Shown here: positions 1 to 10,420 of the stretch, one piece after another
How the letters are laid out: each line of letters opens with the position of its first letter
Numbering within the stretch: position 1 is the stretch's first letter
The notes under the pieces: model-generated
What the model saw: the letters and a program-made list of their open reading frames with translations, nothing else
Database searches by the model: none
Told to the model about the DNA's origin: nothing
Translations under genes and position numbers: made by a program
Assembly (NCBI GenBank): GCA_976226885.1
Contig: OZ320320.1
Span: forward strand, 31,248,001 to 31,312,000
DNA length: 64,000 nt
DNA from: Iphione sp. A-MEVVRFRX5
Lineage: Eukaryota
Direction of reading: 5' to 3'

Positions 1-237
1 AGAATAGAGACTATAAAACAAAGGTCTATCAACGCACACTCTCGTGCCAATACAGATTTTCCTCATCCAACTAAAGACAATCCAGTCCCTTGTACCAAGT
101 GGGCACAGGGAAAATGTAATGAAACATCTACTCATGCTATTTCTGAATTATATGTATCACATGTTTGCCCATTTTGCCTTATTCTCCATAACAAGCCCCT
201 AGAGCACAGACTCGATCAGTGTCGCTCACGACGTTGA
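1..237 (+). CDS. gag: Gag C-terminus (partial) with Cys/His zinc-finger motifs
   Basis: Frame 1 is open from base 1 to TGA at 235-237: ...PCTKWAQGKCNETSTH...HVCPFCLILHNKPLEHRLDQCRSRR*, the usual Cys/His-rich gag end of DIRS/Ngaro elements. Translated by hand; not in the ORF track. Confidence 0.8.
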   Translation, partial: RIETIKQRSINAHSRANTDFPHPTKDNPVPCTKWAQGKCNETSTHAISELYVSHVCPFCLILHNKPLEHRLDQCRSRR

Positions 238-2186
238 TCACTCCAGTCGATCCAGGGCCAGCCCACGAGCCAAGACAGGACGGCCAACAAGACGTGGAAT
301 CATCCCCAGAAGGACCAGCGCGCGCAGAGGAACGACACCACGGAGTGGTAGATTGCCACACACCACCGCGACGACCAGAAGATGATGACATAGATGATAT
401 TGTTATTTTTCAATGCTCTAATCACATTTCTCCACAGCATTGTATTTCTAATAACAGATCCCATTATCAGATGTTATCCCACCATGTCCTGGCATGGCCC
501 CTTCCGTCAACGACTTGCCCCCCAGACCTGTCCTCTATATATATGGCAGTAAAAGCCTCTGGTCTCCCAAACTCCCTTGAATCCCGTATTCCACTTCCCA
601 CCCAATTGAACCTACACGCATGGAGTCAATTGTTCCCTGCTGATCATAAGAAATCCACCATCCTTATAGATTTCTTAGAATACGGTTTCCCTTTAGGATA
701 TGTTGGCCAGACATTGCCTAGACCAACTCCCATCTACCCCATTTCACCAGTTGATGAACCACATATAGAGAAATACATATGTACAGAATTGGCTTGCGGT
801 GCTATAAAAGGCCCCCTCCAAGGACACCCATTCCCTACTAATCCTATCCTGAACCCCATAATGACAAGACCAAAGAAAAACTCCACAGACCGCAGAGTAA
901 TATTCGACCTCTCCCACTCACAGGTAAACAGTGCAATCCCACAAAACAATTATTTCACCATCCCCATCAAGGTACACCTCCCCACCCTGTTTGTTATTGC
1001 CGACCTTATCTCTTCCACTAATCAACTCATATACTTGGCCTCCCTGGACCTAAAAAGGGCTTACAGATACTTTAACGTGGATCCACTTGACTGGCCCCTA
1101 CTGACCTTCCAATTCAAAGATGCATTATACATGGACCTCTGCCTTCCTTTTGGTACCCGTTATTCATCCCTATTATTACAAGAATTATCTCAGCTTATTT
1201 TACAGCGTGTTAACATCAAATTCCCTTCAGTTCATACCTGGCCATATTTAGATGATTATATACTGGCATCCGCCTCTTTAACTGACATCCACCACGCCTT
1301 CAGTTTTTTAAAATTATTAATTTCGTCTTTAGGTCTACAATTAGCCCATGAAAAATCACAATCCCCTACCACCTCCTTAGTTTGGCTGGGAGTCAGCTTT
1401 GACACCAAGGCTTGCACCATGTCGATTCCTCAAGAAAAGGTCGAGCAGCTGGCAGATACCATATCATCTATACTCCCTCAACAGACATTAACACTAAAAA
1501 AGGCTCAATCTTTAGTCGGACTCATAAATCATATTGTAAAATGCTCACCCCCAGCTAGGTACTTCATCAACTCATTATTAGAACAGATCAGACACGCTTC
1601 AGCTAGTGGCTCCAAAACGGTAGCCCTAACCACTCAAGTGAAGAAGGACTTGCATTGGTATCTTGCCTTTCTACCATATTTCAACGGTATCAGGCTTATT
1701 CCTCCCATTCAGATCAAAGAGCACATTTTTGCAGACGCATGTTTTTCAGGCATGGGCGCCTTTAGTGCCCACTATTATTATTCTCAACCTGTTCCCGACC
1801 TACTCAATAATTTGCCCATTAGTCAGTTAGAAGCTTTCAACACTGCAGTTGCTATATATCTTTTCACAAATTCCAACAATGCTAACTCCAGGTTAGAAGT
1901 ACATTGTGACAACCTGGCCACCGTTTATGTCCTCTCAACGGGCAGGACCAGGGAAGAATTTCTAGCCCGGATACTAAGAGCTGTATGGTACCGGGCAGCC
2001 AAATTGAATATTTCCTTGTTATTCACTCACCTTCCAGGCCACCAGATGATTGTGGCCGATGCCATGTCACGATTCTCAGTAGCACCTAAATATAAGGCTA
2101 TCATGCGTAATTTTCTAGGTGAGAACCCCTACCTCCAGCGTAAGGCAATCACCACCTCGCTGGTTGCTCACATAAACTCATTCTGA
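219..2186 (+). CDS. pol: Reverse transcriptase / RNase H (Ngaro pol)
   Basis: 655-aa ORF with LEYGFP, RRVIFDLS, LDLKRAY, LPFG, YLDDY (RT catalytic), WLGVSFDT, FADAC, CDN and VADAMSR (RNase H). The frame is open from 192; the first ATG is at 471. Confidence 0.95.
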   Translation: MSLTTLITPVDPGPAHEPRQDGQQDVESSPEGPARAEERHHGVVDCHTPPRRPEDDDIDDIVIFQCSNHISPQHCISNNRSHYQMLSHHVLAWPLPSTTCPPDLSSIYMAVKASGLPNSLESRIPLPTQLNLHAWSQLFPADHKKSTILIDFLEYGFPLGYVGQTLPRPTPIYPISPVDEPHIEKYICTELACGAIKGPLQGHPFPTNPILNPIMTRPKKNSTDRRVIFDLSHSQVNSAIPQNNYFTIPIKVHLPTLFVIADLISSTNQLIYLASLDLKRAYRYFNVDPLDWPLLTFQFKDALYMDLCLPFGTRYSSLLLQELSQLILQRVNIKFPSVHTWPYLDDYILASASLTDIHHAFSFLKLLISSLGLQLAHEKSQSPTTSLVWLGVSFDTKACTMSIPQEKVEQLADTISSILPQQTLTLKKAQSLVGLINHIVKCSPPARYFINSLLEQIRHASASGSKTVALTTQVKKDLHWYLAFLPYFNGIRLIPPIQIKEHIFADACFSGMGAFSAHYYYSQPVPDLLNNLPISQLEAFNTAVAIYLFTNSNNANSRLEVHCDNLATVYVLSTGRTREEFLARILRAVWYRAAKLNISLLFTHLPGHQMIVADAMSRFSVAPKYKAIMRNFLGENPYLQRKAITTSLVAHINSF

Positions 2187-2194
2187 TTCTTACA

Positions 2195-3181
2195 GATCCG
2201 CATATCAATACGTGGTACAACAGGGCGGTTAGACGTCAATTCGAGGCTGTTACCCCGAAGACCCATAAGAGGAGAATGGCTCAAGCTGCCCTAGGCATTG
2301 CATTCTGCTATCATTGTGGATTTCCTATTGAAAGCCTATCACCACTCCACCTGCAGATATACATAGAATATCTCGTTGAGACAGGTTTTACTCCAGCAGT
2401 AACCTCACAATACATCTCGGCACTAAGGTTCGTCCTTCAACAAGCTCAATTGGACCTCACCGCCATTAACTCCCCTCAGGTCAAGACAGCATTGAAAGCT
2501 GTCCAAACCACCTCCCTCCACGTACCCAAACCCAAGGCACCAATAACCCTCCAAATCCTCACTAACATACTAATCTATTCCACTCAGCTCGGCCCCTTGG
2601 GTGTTTGTCTCAGAGCTGTCTTTTCTTTCCTGTTTTTCTCTCTCCTGCGGCAGAATAACATATGCTCAGATACCCCCCAAGCATTTAACCCTCAGAGGCA
2701 GATCACCAGGGGGGACCTCACTTTCACACCACAAGGTATTGAATTGCTTATTAAGTCCTCCAAAACCATTAAGAGGGCTTCTCCCCGTAGGATAACCATT
2801 CCCCGCCTCTCCCACCATTATTGCCCTGTCACCCTCATCGAAAATATGTTGCAACTCCTCCCCACCCTCTACCACGACCAGCCGCTTTTCGTTGAACCCC
2901 TCCATAGAAATCCCTTCTCAGCCTCTAGACTGACCAATGTTTTGAGATCTATTCTTTCTAATCTGTCATTACCAGCCCACGATTACTCCCTGCATAGCTT
3001 CAGGAGGGGTGGGGCCCAACAACTCCAGATGGCGGACGCTTCTGAGATGCAAATATTAGCTCAGGGTACCTGGGCATCACTGCCCAGTGCTTTGGTATAC
3101 TCCAGTCAAGCAATCTCAAGTCGACAGGCTGCACAAAAGCTTAAGAAGCATTTACATACAGCCCATTCGGGGTCTGCATAA
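2195..3181 (+). CDS. Tyrosine recombinase (Ngaro YR)
   Basis: LLRQNN, KSSKT, CPV, HSFRRGGA and GTWAS...VY catalytic motifs. The frame is open upstream of ATG 2276 through the conserved A-x-x-x-x-T N-terminal helix; a candidate acceptor AG lies at 2194-2195. Confidence 0.93.
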   Translation, partial: DPHINTWYNRAVRRQFEAVTPKTHKRRMAQAALGIAFCYHCGFPIESLSPLHLQIYIEYLVETGFTPAVTSQYISALRFVLQQAQLDLTAINSPQVKTALKAVQTTSLHVPKPKAPITLQILTNILIYSTQLGPLGVCLRAVFSFLFFSLLRQNNICSDTPQAFNPQRQITRGDLTFTPQGIELLIKSSKTIKRASPRRITIPRLSHHYCPVTLIENMLQLLPTLYHDQPLFVEPLHRNPFSASRLTNVLRSILSNLSLPAHDYSLHSFRRGGAQQLQMADASEMQILAQGTWASLPSALVYSSQAISSRQAAQKLKKHLHTAHSGSA

Positions 3182-3194
3182 CAACCAATACTGG

Positions 3195-3408
3195 CATGGT
3201 AGCTTCTTTATTGTGTGTATTTCTTGTCCATTTCAGTCTCAAGAGACTCTATGTTATGCTCACACATGCTATCTCAAGAGATATATACATATAAGGGCAT
3301 AGGCTCCCTTCATTGTGAAATAAAGATTTATGCCATTATGTATATTGTCGTCTCAGTCTTCCTCTATCATACATGTTCATTAAGGTTAGGGAGCGAGGAA
3401 GGGCAATA
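3195..3408 (+). repeat. Split direct repeat B1 (214 bp) of Ngaro element 1
   Basis: CATGGTAGCTTC...GAAGGGCAATA recurs essentially identically at 3746-3959; contains AATAAA. Confidence 0.95.
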
Positions 3409-3745
3409 GTAAAGCTATCTTGTGATCGCTAGGTATTGCATGAGCCTCCCACGCCCTCTGTTGTTTCGGCCTGGCACTGGGGTACATATATAGCGTGCAG
3501 CCCTAAATATAGCTCAGTGTACGATTTGACGCTGCGTTGGTGTGTGTTTTCTTTACCACCCCACCCACCCGATATATCAGAATTATGCGCCTGTTATTCC
3601 TTGAAATCGTTATCACTTTGTGTTTTCTGTATGTATTTGCTGACACCAGCCTTAAGAGGCCTCATATATATATTGTCACAAAATATGATGTTATTTACCT
3701 TCTTTATTGTGTGTATTTCTTGTTTGTTTCAGTCTCAAGAGACTA
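3409..3745 (+). repeat. Presumed A2 segment between B1 and B2
   Basis: Sits between the two B copies as expected for A1-ORFs-B1-A2-B2. A1 lies outside the window, so the identity is inferred. Confidence 0.7.
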
Positions 3746-3959
3746 CATGGTAGCTTCTTTATTGTGTGTATTTCTTGTCCATTTCAGTCTCAAGAGACTC
3801 TATGTTATGCTCACACATGCTATCTCAAGAGATATATACATATAAGGGCATAGGCTCCCTTCATTGTGAAATAAAGATTTATGCCATTATGTATATTGTC
3901 GTCTCAGTCTTCCTCTATCATACATGTTCATTAAGGTTAGGGAGCGAGGAAGGGCAATA
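3746..3959 (+). repeat. Split direct repeat B2 (214 bp), 3' end of element 1
   Basis: Second copy of 3195-3408. Confidence 0.95.
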
Positions 3960-6764
3960 TTTAGTGTATCTGTAAAAAGCGGACGAGTTGCTCAATTTTC
4001 CACAGTACATTCATTGCATATCGGTGAGTTGATGATTGTTAACATTTACTTAAAGACAATATCAACAGATTGGGATTCATATCCTTCTTTGTCTTCGTGT
4101 ATCTAACCTGTCTTTAAATCATTCAGAAAGCGATTATTGTCTGTGAGGCCTGCAAGGTTTCGGGACAATGGAACGAGTATTAAATTTGTCAAGTAATCAT
4201 TTCCTTTGTAGCCGTCGACATTTAATCAAGTCGGGAAAATTGAACTGCAGTGAAAATCAGGAATGTCCATACCTGTTCCGACCAAAGAAATGTGTTTGCT
4301 TTAGTTCTCATATGGTTAGTTGTCATTTTTTAGCCCGTATATTTACAAATAATTCCAGAGATATTGGATGAGATGCAGTGCACATCTTGTAATTGCGTAT
4401 AAATGCATTTACAAAAGTTATGGTCAATCCATCATAAAGTAGTTGATATTTGTTTTGGGGTTTGTGAATGACATAACCGCGGGCAATAGATCTACACACT
4501 GTGTCAATTAACTTTAGGCGAGATTTTCTAGAAGACACAAGAACGAAGAAGTCTTTTGTCCCTGGCATAAATTTTCAGTTTGGTTTTTGGCATTGTTATA
4601 TTCTAAACAAAAGTCCAATTTAAGTCAGGCACACCGGAAATAACATCAGTTACTATTTACCTGTGTGCTGTCCATATTCACTCTTCATTTGCCTTCCGGT
4701 GTCGATGGTGCATAAATTCTGGACTTGCAGTGCTCCAGACTTGTAAGCATTACACCCTGACATCCCATCCCCTTGATCAGATGGCCACGGATCTTAATCG
4801 TGACCTCTACCGGACTGCCACTGACCTTGACAACACAAACTTCTCCTGACTAAAACACTATCATTTCTGCTGTAATATTTAATGGACTGCTAATTATCTC
4901 AAAAACCAAAGTGCTTTGTCTATGGACTCCAACGAACTCCGATGATGACAACTACGTTGGCGCCCCTATATACATATGCATAAACAAGTGTATAAATTAA
5001 TTTTACAGAGAGATTCTTATTATTCACGTTTATACAGTTATGTAGAAATTATCGTAGGTAGGTTTTCCCTAGTGTTCTACTTGTTTAGTTAAAATAGCAA
5101 AATTACATCCAAGTTGCCAAAATGTTTTCGCAGTCTCATCTATTCTGTTGCCAATAAATTGTCTTTGGGTTGAATACTGGTGTCGGTATGTATCTCAGTG
5201 ACAGTCCACGATCAAGTAGATATCGTTTTAAGTAATATCTTACCTTACTGTATACTACATGTAATATGATTATAGCACCTTGAGGGGTGTGGAGAATACA
5301 GATAGAAATCTTTAATAACTCTATTAAGAGGTAGTTTTCCTGCACAGTAAATATGATCTACTGCAACGCCATTTTATAGAAGGATATTTACCTGAGAACT
5401 TGTATTTCACTTTGGCAAATCAGACTACTCTACAGAGGTGAACAGTAACAGGAGGGCATCCTTTCATATTTTGATCATAACTGCAAACGTTATTTGATAC
5501 ATGTTATCAGTGACTTAGTTCTATGGATGCATTGTTACCTTGTAACTCTTAACTTTCTTTGCTAAACTTTTCTCGGAAAACATTCCTGGGACATAATTAA
5601 ATTTATATGCAATTCTTACCTAAATAAAATATGAAAACAAATGTTTCATGGCGTTTAATCAAATATTAATATTAATCAAAGCTTACATTTAATTTGTGAT
5701 GAGTTAGTTAAAAGGGAGTCCGAAATTACAACGTGACCTTTGAGTGAAATGCTAAGGCAATACATTCCGTCGACTCAATGCGATTGAAGCTCTCTTAATT
5801 GTGGTTATATCCTTATTGTGATATTGAATTAACTTAGGATAGTATTAAAGTTTTGCTGAACTGCTCTTAATAATCTTCATGCTCACTTAGTGGTCATAAT
5901 ATGCAATGCTTTAGAGAAATCAAACGTTAAGGTGGTTTTTATCCCATGTGAATCTTATCTTCAGAATAGGACACATTGCTATGTTGGTGTTGTTGGCAGA
6001 AATTCTGTTTTTGTACAGTCCATCTCTCCGCTGGAAAATAAAACAAGTCACCAGACTAAAGAGAAACTCTTAAGACGAGATCAGTTCGAAATTGAGAAAA
6101 TATAGTTGCCAATTTTTAAACGATACTCTACCACCTAAGTTTCAAATCTTGAACTTTTGAAGTATAGCCATGTCACTTGATATTTCCATATATTCTCCTG
6201 TAACTCGAGTCTTGCCGGTGTCTAGTTTGGAAGGGAATTGGACGCTGTAATAAGACTTGGCCATATTCTGCTGCTTTCCCTGCTGTGCAAGACACACACA
6301 AAACTCAAATATGGTATACATGTCTCGTCAGTGACTACACTAGTGCACTTTGTTCACCTCGGGTGCGGCCATGCAATACCAATATCCCTTAAATATAGAC
6401 AGTGATGTTTTTGATATATAAGGCATTCAAGGTATATGCCCCTTTCTCTTTATGTAATTAGGTATGTCAGACATGACAAAAACGTATTCGAATCAGCATA
6501 ATATAGTATACATCTTTGTAAATTCTGCACTCCATTCTTTCTGTAATTTCTTTTAAAGCTTTGTGTAAATATCAGGGCAACAGTATCTCAGCTGACTCTA
6601 AGCTCGATGGGTCGAAATTTAGGTTACTGGGCCAAATTATTATTTATTCTGTCTACCCTAAGAGAATATTTGTGACAGTACGAAAATCCAATTGCTTGAT
6701 GTAGGCAAACACTTGATAAAAATCTCTCGCAACATAACGGAGAAAAGAATTGTCTTGAATGCAG

Positions 6765-6960
6765 CTTCAAGACAAGGCCTTCTCTACATCATTCCTCTCA
6801 TCCTCCCGTTCCTTCCATCTTAAGAGATTATATTGTCTCTCCCCCCACCGCCTGCCACCCCTTGCCTCTTCTGGCTACTGGTATCACCATAGCCCCGCAA
6901 TGGCCATCACAGCCGGCTGGACAGCACAAGTCAACTCTGACTAACCTAGGCCACACTAAC
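6765..6960 (+). pseudogene. Decayed DIRS1/PAT-type methyltransferase-domain fragment
   Basis: DKAFSTSF...LYCLSPHRLPPL, then after a frameshift ITIAPQWPSQP, resembling the DIRS MT motifs DAF..W..LYAFPP and IAPxWPxQxW. Confidence 0.5.
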
Positions 6961-7379
6961 AATCTTCAGTCACTTCATTACCTATGGCCGTCACCTGCCA
7001 TCTATCGCCGTTTCCAACCATTCATGGTCTTATCGACCACTCATTGCTCTGATCGGCTATTCTTATCCACCTCCTGTTTATGACAACCCAAACCCATGCA
7101 TCCTTACCACTACCAGGCACTTTTACTAAACTGTATGTATGTAGGTAAATTTATTCATAGTGAAGAGTCGATATAAATCGACTTTTGTGTTACACTAATA
7201 CAATATTACACACACTGAATATACATATATGCCTATTGTTTGCATTTAATCAAAAGATGAACGTGTCTAGATCTAACCTACTTGACTTGCTACCAGGTTG
7301 TGGTTTGTATATAGTATGTGTGTACAAAGAATTGTTGTTAGCTACAAAGGTGGAAGGTTAGTCATTTTCCAGAAACCAT

Positions 7380-10300
7380 TGTTTGTAATATTGCTTAAAG
7401 TCATCTACTGACAAGCCTACATCAGGTTTACATTTGTGATAATTTCATTCTTTCTGTACCATGTTCGTTGTGCTTTTAATCAGTAGTTCCTTTTTTAGTG
7501 TGTTCAATTCAAATTTATCCATGCCTCTTTGTCTGGTATCAACTGTTACCTCATTCGTTACATAATATTTCTGTTTTAATGGTGGACAATTGCCCCTTAT
7601 TCCAAGATATCCTCCAAGTAATCTGTGCAATACTACCTTGCCTTTAACTAGCAACATATTATTATCTTTGTGCAACTCCTTTGTTGGTGTCAGTTTATCA
7701 ATGTTTTATAACCATTTAAGTGCCTTATTTTGTGATACTTGTACTCTTTAAATGCGTTTCTTCCTCGTAACTCCCCATATAATATCTCCATATTCATATA
7801 TTGGCATCACAACAGCAAAGTATAATTTTAACAGTAGTTTTTGATCTAAAATTCTCTGTAACTGCAATATAGTTTGAGATGCGGCATTCAGTTTCTTTGA
7901 TAATTCACTTACATGTTTTTCATATGTAAATTGTTGGTAGATCCATATTCCTAGGTATTTGTAGATTTTTGCTTCTTGTAGAATTTTATCACATATAGTT
8001 ATATATCTATCAGCCTGACCCCTTTTGTTTGTTACATTGTTAGTGAAGAAAATCGTTTATGTTTTGCCTACATTAAGGCTAAGACTGTTGTAATTAAACG
8101 ACTGTTTCCGCAGTTTTAGTGTCATATTTGTTGATTTTGTGACTTGTTCATTGGATTTGTTTTCGATATATCATTACCTATACGCGTCTGATGATTTCTG
8201 TTCTCCAGATAACTGGCAATCAATTTAGTTGCACCTTTAGAGAATTTAACCAGTAATTTGGTATGAGATATAGTATCAAATGCTTTCTCTAGGTATGAAT
8301 ATGTTACATTTACAATGTTTTTGTTAGATTATTTCGTATTGTGTCAGTTAGAACACACACAATATCTATTGTGGAATAACCTTGTCGATATCCACCTTCT
8401 TTGTCATATATTAATTGTGTTCAATATAATTTACATCATCATTTTGTTCCTTCAGATTACTTCTAATATCATTGAGGATAACCCTTCTGTTAGTTGCCTC
8501 TTGTTCGATAAGTTCACTGAGCTATGTTAATTTTTTCGGTCCAATTAGTTTGTTACATTTGTTTCTTAGACTTTTTGCTCTTTCCCAGTCTTGACGATTT
8601 CTTGTGTTTTTTGCACATTTATAAGCATCATTCGTAAGTTTACATGCATCCACCACTTTATCTATCCATCTAGATTCTGTGTTTTTGACCATCCTTTCTA
8701 CCATCTTTGTCTATCAATACAGTATGTGGTTCCATGGTCAATTTGTTTATAAGAGTCTTTCACTATCATTTCATTACCCATTTGTATTAGATAAAAGAAT
8801 AATTAAATCCGTGTTCTGTTTGTTAGGGTCCAACATAGTATTTTTTACTATCTGCTTTTTAATTTTTAATAAGCCATTTTGTGTTTCATATTCGTTATTA
8901 TTAGATTTATTGTACTTGAGGTCTCAATAGTGCACTCTTGTGTGATCTGTTTCAGAATGAATAAACCCTGTGCATTTGTCATGGCTCTTACCATCTTAGT
9001 TTGCAAGGTATTTGTTTTTGAAACACAATGTTAGAATCGCCGGTAATAATGACATGTTCTGTGTTCATATTTGTACTATTTTATAATACAATATACTATT
9101 GTACTTTTAATGTCCGGCAGATATTAGAATATTTTTAAGTCTTTCATTGGATGACCTGTACAAGACAACAATATTCAATATCGTATTACCCGACTTTTTA
9201 ACTTTACAATGTTGACATTCTATATATTTGTATTTCTATCATTTCAATGTTCTGCCGCATTTCTTCTCGTATCAAAAGGCTGTAGTACCATTTGTAACCA
9301 TATATACCCTGGTATTTTAATTTCCTTGTTCATTATAGTGCTGTCTAACCAGGTTTCACATTTATCTCTACTTGTAATTCAGCAATTTTGTTTCTTGTAC
9401 TCCATGCATTCACATTTACAATATTGAGTCCTTCGTTAGGATAATCTTTAGAGTTTAATTGCTGTACATACAGCCGCTACATCAACATCTTACAAGTCAA
9501 CTGTCCTTTAACAATTCGAGAGAAAATATCATATGAACATAAATTCTTTATATTTGATCAATGAGAAAATATTCGTATTTTGTTTTATAAGAGTGATTTA
9601 CGATCTCCTTGTATCTCGTGTGCTCGCCTGCATGTGTTGACATTGTGGTTGGTTATGTCGTTACATCATGTCGTCACATCATGTCGTTATGTCGGTCAGC
9701 CTCTGTGATGTTAGTGCCACCTTTCGGGATCTTGATTCTTCAGGCAGATCTTCATTAATATAGACATTCTTCTGATATCCTGCCAGCCTGGCCCTCTTCA
9801 AAGCCTGCTTTTTAAACGAGAAAATCAGTGATCCAATGCGGTCCTGTCCTTGGTCAGTCTTTTGTCCGATCCTATAGACCTGATTAGGTCCTCGTTTGTC
9901 ACCTCTGGTTGTACATGTAGGCTCTTACACATGTTCCAAGCAGTTTCATTTGTCCCTTTAAGTCCTATTACTCTGATCGTCTTGGCTTTGAGAGTTCCAT
10001 AATTATAAGATCGCTGTTATTCTCTCTTGTCTGGTCAGCCTGGACTCTTTTCTCCCTGTCATTCCTTCATTATTCTCAGCAATCTCTTGTCCCTTCTATT
10101 ACAGTCTTCGTGTTTTGGACCTCTGGTCGTATCTGTGACACACTATCGTTCAATTCAGAGAGGAACTCTTCATTCCGTTCTTGAAACTTGTTCATTGCCT
10201 GGTCCACTACCCTTCACATTATTGATTTCAGTTCCCCTTTATCTGTAACCATGTCTTCTTGTTGGTTACTTGTGCTTGGAACTGGATTCTCCTCCTTTTC

Positions 10301-10420
10301 TTCCTCTTCCTTCGTTTTTCTTCCTTTCTTGGGTTTTTCTCCATCAGAAAAAAACGGAGCATTTCTTCTGGTTGCTAACTAGTTATCATGCGAATTGTTT
10401 CGATCAATTAGACAAGAGTG
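7380..10420 (-). mobile_element. Decayed near-full-length CR1/L2-like LINE (ORF1, APE endonuclease, RT)
   Basis: Minus strand: ORF1-like VYINEDLPEESRSRK (~9750), APE-like VVLYRSSNE (~9150), linker WIDKVVDACK...RQDWERAKSLRNKC (8522-8704), LEKAFDTISHTKLL (~8270), YLENR, LSLNVGKT, VMPIYEYGDIIW (~7790). Many stops and frameshifts. Confidence 0.85.

Larger units (their letters stand above)
1..3959 (+). mobile_element. Ngaro-type tyrosine-recombinase retrotransposon (DIRS order), 5' end outside window, ORFs intact
   Basis: Order is gag zinc finger, RT/RNase H ORF, YR ORF, then B1-A2-B2 split direct repeats. No methyltransferase domain follows RNase H. Confidence 0.93.

Noticed and set aside
3215-3975. 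Duplicated small ORFs (MYFLSISVSRDSML...)
   Set aside because: By-products of the non-coding B1/B2 terminal repeats.
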